The notes under the pieces were generated by a model. The model was not told where the DNA came from. It saw nothing but the letters and a program-made list of their open reading frames with translations, and did no database searches. From Candidatus Dormiibacterota bacterium (GTDB taxonomy: Bacteria; Chloroflexota; Dormibacteria; Dormibacterales; Dormibacteraceae), in assembly GCA_035717165.1 (NCBI GenBank), contig DASTIX010000014.1, forward strand, positions 503 to 64,502: DNA of 64,000 bases, given 5' to 3'. How positions within the stretch are numbered: the stretch's first letter is position 1; every line of letters starts with the position of its first letter. The position numbers and the translations under genes were made by a program. Below, one piece after another: positions 51,173 through 59,240 of the stretch.

Positions 51173-53400
51173 TTGATCAGCCGCGCCGCGGGAGGCGCCG
51201 GCGAGTAGTTCGGGTTGAAGTCGATCCCGGCCTGGCCGCCACCGGACACCGTCGCCGTGTAGCAGATCACCTGCCCGGCGAGAGGTGAACGGTCCGACCC
51301 GTTGATCGTCCAGTTCGCGCCGGGCGTGTAGATCGTCCCGATGTACTGGGTGGACGCGCCACCGTTCAGCGACTCGTTGCATGTGTTCGAAGCGGGCGCG
51401 TAGATCACGATCCAGTTGTATTGGAGACCGGCGTACACGTAGGTCGCTCCCTGCGCGTTCTGGCTGAAGCACGACCCGTTGGGGAAGTAGAACTGCACGC
51501 CTCCTGGCGTCACCTCGGAGCCCTGGCACGGTGCGTTCGGATCACCCGGGTTGGGCGGAGGCTGGCAGTAGTTCTCGTTGGCGAGGTCGCCGCCGGTGTA
51601 GGGCGGATACTCGAGCGACATCGCTGCGTTCTCCTGCGACAGCAGGTTCGCCGGGGGCGGGCAGTTGCTGAAGCACTGCGGCGCGAGTTCGAGGTCCGGC
51701 GGGGTGCACAGGGGCGCATGCGTCTGTGAGTAGCAGTTGTAGGTGCCGGTCAGCTGGGTGTAGCTGATCTGGCAGACCGTCGCGGTCGGCGCGGTGCAGG
51801 TCCATCCGGCCTGCCCGTTGGGGCCGGGAAGAAGGTTGTTCGAGCCGCTCGGCCATGGGCCGACAGCCGTCGCCGGCGGATTGAGTCCCACATATCCCGG
51901 TGCGACGAACCGGCCCCAGAACCCGAAGTTGGTCTGGAAGTTGGTGACTCCGTCAGGACAGCCCAACGGGTCGATGTAGACGCCGTAGTACTGGGCGCCG
52001 GGGGCGTTCTGGGTGATGTTGACGGCGATACCCTGGTTGTTGCCGTCCAGCGTGCCCACCTGCTGGCAGGCGGATGGGGCGCTTTCTCGGCGACAGCCGG
52101 CCAGCGAGTTGCACGGGTTGGGGGATACCGCGCCATCTGTGAAGCGGTCGTAGCGAATCGATGTCAGCTCGACGCCCCACTGACCGCCGCCGCCCTGGTG
52201 CTTGATCCCCAATCCGGACGTCAACGTGACCGGCTGGATGTTGAACTGGCCCCAGCAGTTGGTTCCGTTCTGGTTCCAGAACTGCGGGTTCGCCAGCGCA
52301 GTGTTCGTCTTGTCGCTGTAGAGCGGCTCGTCCGGTGGACGCAGCTCGTTGGACAGCATGCTGCCCGTGGCGTCGGATGAGTACCCGTTGGTCCACGTGT
52401 AGACGCCCGGGTCGAGGAACGCGCAGCTGGCCGACCCACCGCTGAGGTGGAAGGTGTCGTACTGGCCGGGAAGCATCTCGGTCCACGTACCGCGGTTCCA
52501 CTGGTTGTAGCTCTGCGAATTGGGATAGCAGCTTCCTCCGCCGCAATCCGTCGTCGCTGCCCCGGCTAGGTACCCTGGGTCAGGAAGCGTCGGGGCGGGC
52601 ACGATTGCCGAGCCGAGCGTGTCACCCTGCTTGCAGCTACCGCCGGTCGTCGCGGGGTCGTAGGGCACGAAGCCGGCCGACCCGTTGTAGCAGTAATACT
52701 GCGCGATGCTGCAGTTCGAGCCCGCCGCGCCGTAGCAGTTGCCGGCCTCGTGGAGGTTCGAGTCGAGGCATGCGATCCCGTTGGTATACACGTCGCCGAG
52801 CACGGTCAGCTGCGCGCTACCGGTCAGGTCGGTGGCGCACTTGGCGGTGCTAAGGGTCAGAAGCGCAGGAGTCTGGCGCTGGTTGTTGACGATCGCGGTC
52901 GCGCTCGCGGTGATGGGGATCGCTTTTGCTCCGCCGAAGATCTGCATGAAAGCCAACGGCAGCTGATGCGCCGTATCGAACTCGAACTCATAGCCGTTGA
53001 CCGTGGTGTTGGTGGCGGTCACGGTAAGGGTGTATCCCTGCGGCCAGGTGTAGGTGTAGATGTCCTGCTGCACGCCGTAAGGGCCGACGAAGTTCGGACC
53101 CTGATGCGCTGGCGCCGGGGTGGCCCCATAAAGCCGCAGGTCGTTCTCATAGACCTGGACACCGTTCAGAGCGTGGCTGAGGTCGTTGAAGTTCTCGAAC
53201 CAGTCGCCGGACGCGAGCGCGGCCGCGTCGACGGCGGCCTGCTGGTCGCGGCGGTCGACGTAGGCGCGTCCCGAGTCGATCGCAAGCCCGAGCATGCCGA
53301 ACATCACAAGGATCAGCAGCGCGATCAGGACGATCGCCTGGCCCTGCTGAAGATTCGGGCGAGTACTTCTAGCGGCTGTATTCAGCACGGTAGACCGCAT
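51169..53400 (-). CDS. tadG: TadG-like (Tad_N / TadE-G family) large secreted Cys-rich protein
   Basis: N-terminus QQGQAIVLIALLILVMFGMLGLAIDSGRAYVDRRDQQAAVDAAALA. The remaining ~690 aa are Gly/Asn/Pro/Thr-rich with about 25 Cys counted by eye. Confidence 0.7.
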   Translation of the reverse strand: MRSTVLNTAARSTRPNLQQGQAIVLIALLILVMFGMLGLAIDSGRAYVDRRDQQAAVDAAALASGDWFENFNDLSHALNGVQVYENDLRLYGATPAPAHQGPNFVGPYGVQQDIYTYTWPQGYTLTVTATNTTVNGYEFEFDTAHQLPLAFMQIFGGAKAIPITASATAIVNNQRQTPALLTLSTAKCATDLTGSAQLTVLGDVYTNGIACLDSNLHEAGNCYGAAGSNCSIAQYYCYNGSAGFVPYDPATTGGSCKQGDTLGSAIVPAPTLPDPGYLAGAATTDCGGGSCYPNSQSYNQWNRGTWTEMLPGQYDTFHLSGGSASCAFLDPGVYTWTNGYSSDATGSMLSNELRPPDEPLYSDKTNTALANPQFWNQNGTNCWGQFNIQPVTLTSGLGIKHQGGGGQWGVELTSIRYDRFTDGAVSPNPCNSLAGCRRESAPSACQQVGTLDGNNQGIAVNITQNAPGAQYYGVYIDPLGCPDGVTNFQTNFGFWGRFVAPGYVGLNPPATAVGPWPSGSNNLLPGPNGQAGWTCTAPTATVCQISYTQLTGTYNCYSQTHAPLCTPPDLELAPQCFSNCPPPANLLSQENAAMSLEYPPYTGGDLANENYCQPPPNPGDPNAPCQGSEVTPGGVQFYFPNGSCFSQNAQGATYVYAGLQYNWIVIYAPASNTCNESLNGGASTQYIGTIYTPGANWTINGSDRSPLAGQVICYTATVSGGGQAGIDFNPNYSPAPPAARLIN

Positions 53401-53992
53401 ATGCAGTGATGACGACGCGGTTGCCGATCACTTGCTGGATGAGTGGAGTCATGGGCTGGAACGAATACCAGATCGTGACCTTGATCGGGTCGTTGGCGCC
53501 GGCCAGCTGGACCGAATTACAGAGTGGGTTGCCGCTTGGGTCGGGATAGGTGCCGAGACCCCCGGCCGGGCCGTTGGGGTGGCCATTGCCAGCGGTGCTC
53601 GGGTCGGTGATGAAGATCCAGCCTGTGTTGGGGGCCGGCAGCTGAGGCGAGCCTGATGCGATGCCGTTGTTCGGCAGCGGCCCATTCGGACAGGCCGGAT
53701 AGTTTGCGAGGTTCATGATCACGGCGTGTCCCTGCACCGCCGTGGCGACGTCCGAGTCGGACGGATAGCAGTGAATGTAGGTTGGGGGCGCGCATCCGTT
53801 GCCGTTGGCGTCGATGTAGTACGAGGCCCGAACTGCGACTCTCGCGCCTTCGTTGGCGGCCTGCTGCAGGGTGATGTACAGGTACAACCCGCGGCCGAAG
53901 TCGATGATGCCGAACGTCAGCAGCAGAATGACCGGCGCGATGATCGCGAACTCAGTGAGTCCCTGTGACCGCTGGCTGCGCGCGTATCTCAT
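53369..53992 (-). CDS. tadE: TadE-like pseudopilin
   Basis: From ATG 53992: MRYARSQRSQGLTEFAIIAPVILLLTFGIIDFGRGLY...QQAANEGARVA. Confidence 0.8.
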   Translation of the reverse strand: MRYARSQRSQGLTEFAIIAPVILLLTFGIIDFGRGLYLYITLQQAANEGARVAVRASYYIDANGNGCAPPTYIHCYPSDSDVATAVQGHAVIMNLANYPACPNGPLPNNGIASGSPQLPAPNTGWIFITDPSTAGNGHPNGPAGGLGTYPDPSGNPLCNSVQLAGANDPIKVTIWYSFQPMTPLIQQVIGNRVVITAYAVYRAEYSR

Positions 53993-54012
53993 CAGCCGCT
54001 CGAAGAGCTCGT

Positions 54013-54594
54013 TCACGGCTTGCCCTGAATCGTGAAATGTTCGTTGTAGGCGAGATCGATGCCGTTGCCGAACAAGCTCTGGATCAGCGGCGTGATGAGC
54101 TGGAATCGCATGAGGATGGCGACGTTGATGTCGCCGAGCCTCCATGAGTTGTCGGATGGATGAGAAGGCTCAGAGCCGTACAGGTTGCCGTTCGGATCCG
54201 TGTAGCAGATGTACACGTTGACGGTCTGCGGCGTGGTCGGGTACGCGGACTGCGGGTACGGCTTGTCGAAGGCCGGGTTGCTGTCGGTCGGCGCGAGGCA
54301 GCCGATCGTGGTCACCTGGTTGATCTGGCTGTCCTGGAACCCGGCGCCGTACAGTGCCTGCCTGACCGCCAGCATCACGTCGGCGTCATCGAGGTACGGG
54401 TTGTAGCGGCCGCCGGTGTTGTACCAGGCACCGTGGCGCGCTCCCTCGCGCGCTGCTCCCTGAAGGCTGACCGAGTAGTAGAAAGCACGGGACAGGTCGA
54501 TCAGGCCCATCGCGAGCAACAGAAGGACCGTCGAGGAGATTGCGAACTCCACCAGGGACTGGCCGCGAGACTTGCGGCGGCGTGCTTCAGGCAC
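54013..54594 (-). CDS. tadE: TadE-like pseudopilin
   Basis: RGQSLVEFAISSTVLLLLAMGLIDLSRAFYYSVSLQGAAREGARHG. Confidence 0.8.
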   Translation of the reverse strand: MPEARRRKSRGQSLVEFAISSTVLLLLAMGLIDLSRAFYYSVSLQGAAREGARHGAWYNTGGRYNPYLDDADVMLAVRQALYGAGFQDSQINQVTTIGCLAPTDSNPAFDKPYPQSAYPTTPQTVNVYICYTDPNGNLYGSEPSHPSDNSWRLGDINVAILMRFQLITPLIQSLFGNGIDLAYNEHFTIQGKP

Positions 54595-54667
54595 TTTGGC
54601 CCCGACATTTAAGCAACCGGGAAAGCATTCTGTTGGGCTCTAACGCAGAAAAAGGTGATTTCGCGCG

Positions 54668-55810
54668 CTAAAAGAGCAAGGAATCTGTAAGCGCGCGCTT
54701 CGGTGGCGCCTGACGACGAACCAGCTTTCGTTCCAGCCGCGCTCGTCGGCCGGCCAGCTCCGGCGCCGCCTCTGGCATGCGGCGAGCGGCGTCCTCGACG
54801 ACCTCCAGTGCGCGTTGCGGATCCCGGCGCCGCCACTCGAGAAGACGCGCCCGTGCGACCGACAAGCGGACGTCTTCGCGCTCGTTCGCCTCGAGCCAGT
54901 CCAGCAGCCGGTCGGCGCTGTTCACCGCACCTCGTCGAAGCAGGCGGCGCGAGATCAAGAGGCCCGCGGTCGCTGCCGCCTCGCCCTTCGCAAACGCCGT
55001 CGCGTTGCGCAGCGCTCGCCAGCCGTCGGCCCGTGCGCCGCGCCGCCAGCGATGGCGGCCGAGGGCGAGCCAGTCCTCGGCGTTCATGTCGACGTCCGCA
55101 CCCTCCAGGCGGTGGATGAGCCGCGAGTGAAGGTGCACCAGGCTGATGACGTCCAGGCGGTTGTGCTCGAGCGCCGCCTCGAGGAACTCCTTCGATCCGG
55201 CGCGGAGGTAATCGAAGTACGCGTCGGGCACGAGCGCGCTGGGCAGCGGATCGTCGCGTTCGTAGCCGAGCACGCGCTCTTCGACGGAGCGCAGGGTGCA
55301 GCTTTCGAGACGATGGCGGTAGAGCGCACGCACGAGAGTGAGGAGGTCGACGTGCTGGCCGTGGGTGAGCTCGCCCGGCATCCGCGCCATGACCCACCGC
55401 GTGCGCAGCACGGGAAGGTCGAATGAGCCGCCGTTGAATGTCGCGACCCCGCACGCGGGCTCGATCTCGTCGCGGAGTGCGTGGAGAAACGCGGACTCCA
55501 TCCCGGGTTCGGGAAGGAAGAACTGCGCAACGCGCAGACCGCAATCGATCGGCGTTGCGACCGCCGCGCAGAAGACGTAGGTCCCGGCCCCGCCGGTCAG
55601 ACCGGTCGTCTCGGTGTCGAGATACGCGTGATGGCCGGGATCGGGATCGAGCGGCGGCAGAGGGATCACGTCCTGCCGAACGGCCGCCGGGCCGAAGGGC
55701 GTGTCGATCTCCTCGAAGCCGCGCGGCAGCTCGTAGGTCTTCGGCTGTGGCCTCTGGCGCGGCGGGGCGCCTAGACGGGTAAGGCGCTCGCGGAGAGAAG
55801 CCTGAGGCAA
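54668..55810 (-). CDS. mrfB: YprB/MrfB-like RNase-H-fold exonuclease with a helical-repeat C-terminus
   Basis: AYLDTETTGL...VAQFFL...VATFNGGSFDLPVLRTRW. TTG 55810 is the only in-frame start near the helicase stop (40-nt overlap). The upstream ORF part is Arg-rich. Confidence 0.7.
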   Translation of the reverse strand: MPQASLRERLTRLGAPPRQRPQPKTYELPRGFEEIDTPFGPAAVRQDVIPLPPLDPDPGHHAYLDTETTGLTGGAGTYVFCAAVATPIDCGLRVAQFFLPEPGMESAFLHALRDEIEPACGVATFNGGSFDLPVLRTRWVMARMPGELTHGQHVDLLTLVRALYRHRLESCTLRSVEERVLGYERDDPLPSALVPDAYFDYLRAGSKEFLEAALEHNRLDVISLVHLHSRLIHRLEGADVDMNAEDWLALGRHRWRRGARADGWRALRNATAFAKGEAAATAGLLISRRLLRRGAVNSADRLLDWLEANEREDVRLSVARARLLEWRRRDPQRALEVVEDAARRMPEAAPELAGRRARLERKLVRRQAPPKRALTDSLLF

Positions 55811-58020
55811 GCGTCTTTCGCTCCTTCCACGAGATGCAGTGGTCCGATGCACGATGGACAGCCGGCGTCGCAGGGGCAGTCGCGCACGAGCTCGGCGGCC
55901 GCATCGAGCAGCTCGTGATGCAGCTCGTGCATGCGCGCCGAAAAACCGACTCCTCCCGGATAGACCTCGAACACCGTCACCGTCGGTCGCTGCGTGGTGA
56001 TCGAACGCACTTCGGCGACAGCGCCGAGGTCGCGCGGATCGCACATCAAACGCAGGCTGGCGACGTGGCGCAGAGAGTGCGCCATCCCCTGCAGCCCGGC
56101 CTCGAGTGTTTCGCGGCCAAGTGAATGCCAGAGATCGTCGTTGACCGTGATCCAGTAGCCGGTCGTGTGCAGCGTCTGCTCGGGTAGGTGGATCGGTCCC
56201 GCGCCGATGTTCTCGTGCGTGTGGAAACGAATCTTCTTGAACATCGAAGCGAGCGATGTGATCTTCACTTCGCCATGCGAGCGCGAGAGCGCATCGCCGT
56301 CGGGACCGGCGAACGTGTCCAGCACTTGCACCGTCACCGATGCGAGCGCGTCCGTGTAGTAGTCGACCTCGACCGGCCGGACGTACGCCTTCTTCTCGTC
56401 CCAGTCGAGCCGGTCCACGTGGTACTGCGCCCCCTCGTGCAGATACACGGCCTCCTCGTGCAGCAGCACTGGAGCGGTGAACTGGTCCATCTCGCCGATC
56501 ACCTGCGGGCGCGCCTGCGACGTGTCGATGATCACGACGTTGTCGGCGAGGATGCGTCGCAGGTGAACCTCTTCCGCGGGAAAGGCCTGGCGGCTCCAGA
56601 ACCATCGACCCGCCGAGCGTGTCGCGGATCCGTCCTCTTCGAAAAGACGCAGCAGCTCCTCGACGTCGGCCGAGCCAAGCTTCTCGCCGTCCATGAACGG
56701 CAGCTCGAAGAGCCCGGCCTGAAGATGCGCCGCGAGCAGCAGCAGGTTGTCCGGATCGATGAGACCTTCTTCGGGATCGGTGCCGAGGAAATACTCGGGA
56801 TGGCGGACGATGAACTGGTCGAGCGGTGAGCTCGACGCGACGAAGACCCCGACCGATCCGGATTTACGCCCGGCGCGGCCGAGCTGCTGCCATGTCGATG
56901 CGATCGTGCCGGGATACCCGACGAGGACTGCGCACTGCAGGCTGCCGATGTCGATGCCGAGCTCGAGCGCGTTGGTGCTGACCACGCCGGTGATCTCTCC
57001 GGTTCGCAGGCCCGCCTCGATCTCGCGCCGGTGCAGCGGCAGGTAGCCGGCGCGATAACCGCGGACGCGACGCGACGAGTCGAGTCGTGGATCGAGGTCC
57101 TGGCGGAGGTAGCTGAGCATCACCTCGACCTGCAGGCGGCTGCGGCAGAACACGATCGTCTGCACGCCACTGCGAATCCACGGAGCCGCGATGCGCCGCG
57201 CTTCGAGCATGGAGCTGCGCCGGATCCCGAGCTCGCGGTTGACGAGAGGCGGGTTGTAGAAGATGAGGCGGCGCTCGCCACGGGGCGCGCCACTTCTGTC
57301 GACCAGCGCGATGTTCTCTTCTTCGAGCAGACGCTGCGCAAGCTCGCGCGGATTGCGGATCGTCGCCGATGCGCAGATGAACGTCGGATGCGAACCGTAG
57401 AACTCACAGATTCTCTTCAAGCGCCGGATGACGTTGGCGACCTGGCTGCCGAACAACCCGCGGTACGTGTGGAGCTCGTCGATGACGACGAACTCGAGGC
57501 TCGAGAAAAGTCGGCGCCACCGCGTGTGGTGCGGCAGCAATCCGGTGTGCAGCATGTCGGGGTTCGTCATCACGATGTGCCCGCCCTCGCGGATCGCCGT
57601 GCGCCTGCCCGGCGGCGTGTCGCCGTCGTAGGTGTCGACGCGGACGTCGATCGGTAGGCCCGCCTTAAGAGCGCCCAGCTCTGCCAGCTGATCCTGCGCG
57701 AGCGCCTTAGTCGGAAAGAGGTACAGCGCCCGCTTCTGCGGGTCCTCCAGCAATCGCTGGAGAACCGGAAGGTTGTAGCAGAGCGTCTTGCCGCTCGCGG
57801 TGGGTGTGACTACGACGAGATGACGGCCGCGCCGCACAGCGCTGTACGCGTCCGCCTGATGCGAGTACAGTCGGTCGATGCCGCGCCGCTGCAGCGCGGC
57901 CGTGAGTTCGTGGCGCAGGTCGGCGGGGAGTGGCACAAAATCGGCGGCTGATGCCGGAATGACGCGGTCCAACGTTATGTCCCCTGCAAAGGCGTCAGTA
58001 GCGAACGCAGGTACGGACAT
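55771..58020 (-). CDS. mrfA: DEAD/DEAH-box helicase with a C-terminal DUF1998 Cys cluster (YprA/MrfA-like)
   Basis: TPTASGKT (Walker A), VIDELH, helicase C motifs, and C-terminal DCPCDAGCPSCIG. ATG 58020, 58044 or 58083 are all possible starts. Confidence 0.9.
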   Translation of the reverse strand: MSVPAFATDAFAGDITLDRVIPASAADFVPLPADLRHELTAALQRRGIDRLYSHQADAYSAVRRGRHLVVVTPTASGKTLCYNLPVLQRLLEDPQKRALYLFPTKALAQDQLAELGALKAGLPIDVRVDTYDGDTPPGRRTAIREGGHIVMTNPDMLHTGLLPHHTRWRRLFSSLEFVVIDELHTYRGLFGSQVANVIRRLKRICEFYGSHPTFICASATIRNPRELAQRLLEEENIALVDRSGAPRGERRLIFYNPPLVNRELGIRRSSMLEARRIAAPWIRSGVQTIVFCRSRLQVEVMLSYLRQDLDPRLDSSRRVRGYRAGYLPLHRREIEAGLRTGEITGVVSTNALELGIDIGSLQCAVLVGYPGTIASTWQQLGRAGRKSGSVGVFVASSSPLDQFIVRHPEYFLGTDPEEGLIDPDNLLLLAAHLQAGLFELPFMDGEKLGSADVEELLRLFEEDGSATRSAGRWFWSRQAFPAEEVHLRRILADNVVIIDTSQARPQVIGEMDQFTAPVLLHEEAVYLHEGAQYHVDRLDWDEKKAYVRPVEVDYYTDALASVTVQVLDTFAGPDGDALSRSHGEVKITSLASMFKKIRFHTHENIGAGPIHLPEQTLHTTGYWITVNDDLWHSLGRETLEAGLQGMAHSLRHVASLRLMCDPRDLGAVAEVRSITTQRPTVTVFEVYPGGVGFSARMHELHHELLDAAAELVRDCPCDAGCPSCIGPLHLVEGAKDACLRLLSASALPV

Positions 58021-58048
58021 TTGTTCGGGAGGGTAGACGAACATCAGT

Positions 58049-58603
58049 TTGGAGTCAAGCAGTGTGGAGCTCCCGGCCGGCATCCGGGACGAGGCGGCCG
58101 AGCACGCCTACACGCCTGGGTCCGCGGCTGACTTCGAGCGCCTGTACGTCAACACCTACCGCCGGATCCTCGGCACGCTGATCACCCTCGTCCGCGACAT
58201 CCCGACCGCCGAAGACTGCGCCCAGGAGACGTACGAACGCGCCTATCGCAACTGGTCGAGCTGGCGGCCGGACGCGCCCGCAGAGGCATGGCTGCACCGG
58301 ATCGCCATCAACGTGGCGATCTCAGATCGGCGCCACCAGCGAATTCGTCAGGCCGGCGAGCTGATCCGCCGGCTTGGGAAGCCCTCGGCCGGGCCGGACC
58401 CCGCAAACGTAGCCGAGCGATCGGTCCTGTTCGACGCCGTCCAGAAGCTGCCGACGAAGCAGGCCGCCGCCCTCGTTCTCCGCCACTACCACGGCTACAC
58501 CAACCGGGAGATCGCGGCGGCGCTGGGCGTTCCCGAGCAGACGGTCGCTTCGCGCCTGGCGACGGCTCGCAAGCAGCTTCAGGCCGTACTCGGCCGGCCG
58601 TGA
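58049..58603 (+). CDS. ECF-type sigma-70 factor (paralogue of 13139..13774)
   Basis: FERLYVNTYRRILGTL...AEDCAQETYERAYRNW...LPTKQAAALVLRHYHGYTNREIAAALGVPEQTVASRL is collinear with the first sigma factor. GTG 58064 is an alternative start. Confidence 0.9.
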   Translation: MESSSVELPAGIRDEAAEHAYTPGSAADFERLYVNTYRRILGTLITLVRDIPTAEDCAQETYERAYRNWSSWRPDAPAEAWLHRIAINVAISDRRHQRIRQAGELIRRLGKPSAGPDPANVAERSVLFDAVQKLPTKQAAALVLRHYHGYTNREIAAALGVPEQTVASRLATARKQLQAVLGRP

Positions 58604-58651
58604 TCCAACTTTGGTTGGTTGGCCGGGGTTCGACGTTATGACTTTTCGCAA

Positions 58652-59182
58652 ATGATCGACATCGAGCGGGAGCTGGAGGACACCCTGCATCGGGTCCTGG
58701 ACCCGATCACGGCGCGCCCCATCCCGCACCGGCGTGAGCTGTCTACTGGACGGGCGTTCCGAACTGTCGCGGGTGGGGCTGGGGCCGCACTGACATTGAA
58801 GGTCGCCGGCGCAGTGGCAGCTCTCGCCGCGGCCGTAACTCTGACGGGAGCCTCTTTGACCGGAAGCTTCAATCCGGTCGATTGGGGCCAGCAGGTGTCC
58901 GCAACAGTTGAGACCTGCAGGGACAACCTCAATTCCAGTGGCGCGCACGGCATCGGCGGTTGCGTGAGCGCGTTCGCCAGCCAGCACGGCAAAGCGGTGT
59001 CGAGCGCCGCGCAGCACCACGGCAGTGGAGCCGGCACTGGCAACGGCAGCACGAACGGCAACGCCAATGGCAAGAGCAACGGCAACGGTGGCGCCGGCAA
59101 CGGCAGCGGAAGTGGCAACAGCCATTCCAACAAGGGCAACACCAAGACGCAGACACGCACGACGCCGCCGCCGAAGAGCTAG
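58652..59182 (+). CDS. single-pass membrane protein downstream of the ECF sigma factor (candidate anti-sigma/partner) with a Gly/Asn/Ser tail
   Basis: MIDIERELEDTLHRVLDP..., the TM segment AGGAGAALTLKVAGAVAALAAAVTLTGA, and the tail GSGAGTGNGSTNGNANGKSNGNGGAGNGSGSGNS. TTG 58619 is an alternative start. Confidence 0.5.
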   Translation: MIDIERELEDTLHRVLDPITARPIPHRRELSTGRAFRTVAGGAGAALTLKVAGAVAALAAAVTLTGASLTGSFNPVDWGQQVSATVETCRDNLNSSGAHGIGGCVSAFASQHGKAVSSAAQHHGSGAGTGNGSTNGNANGKSNGNGGAGNGSGSGNSHSNKGNTKTQTRTTPPPKS

Positions 59183-59214
59183 GCGCTCTTTTTCTTCAGA
59201 CCCCTTCCTCTCGT

Positions 59215-59240
59215 GGGGCCGGGCCGAAAGGCTCGGCCTC
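59215..59240 (+). terminator. hairpin GGGGCCGGGCC-GAAA-GGCTCGGCCTC followed by CTACTTTTCT
   Basis: 11-bp stem (two G-U pairs in RNA) preceded by CCCCTTCCTCTCG. Homologous to the element at 18641-18693. It abuts the cysS stop. Confidence 0.55.

Noticed and set aside
54609-56605. Arg-rich ORFs (431 aa, and the first 265 codons of the 645-aa ORF) overlapping the mrfA 3' half and mrfB
   Set aside because: They are low-complexity Arg/Ala/Pro translations. The mrfA frame has clear helicase and DUF1998 motifs.
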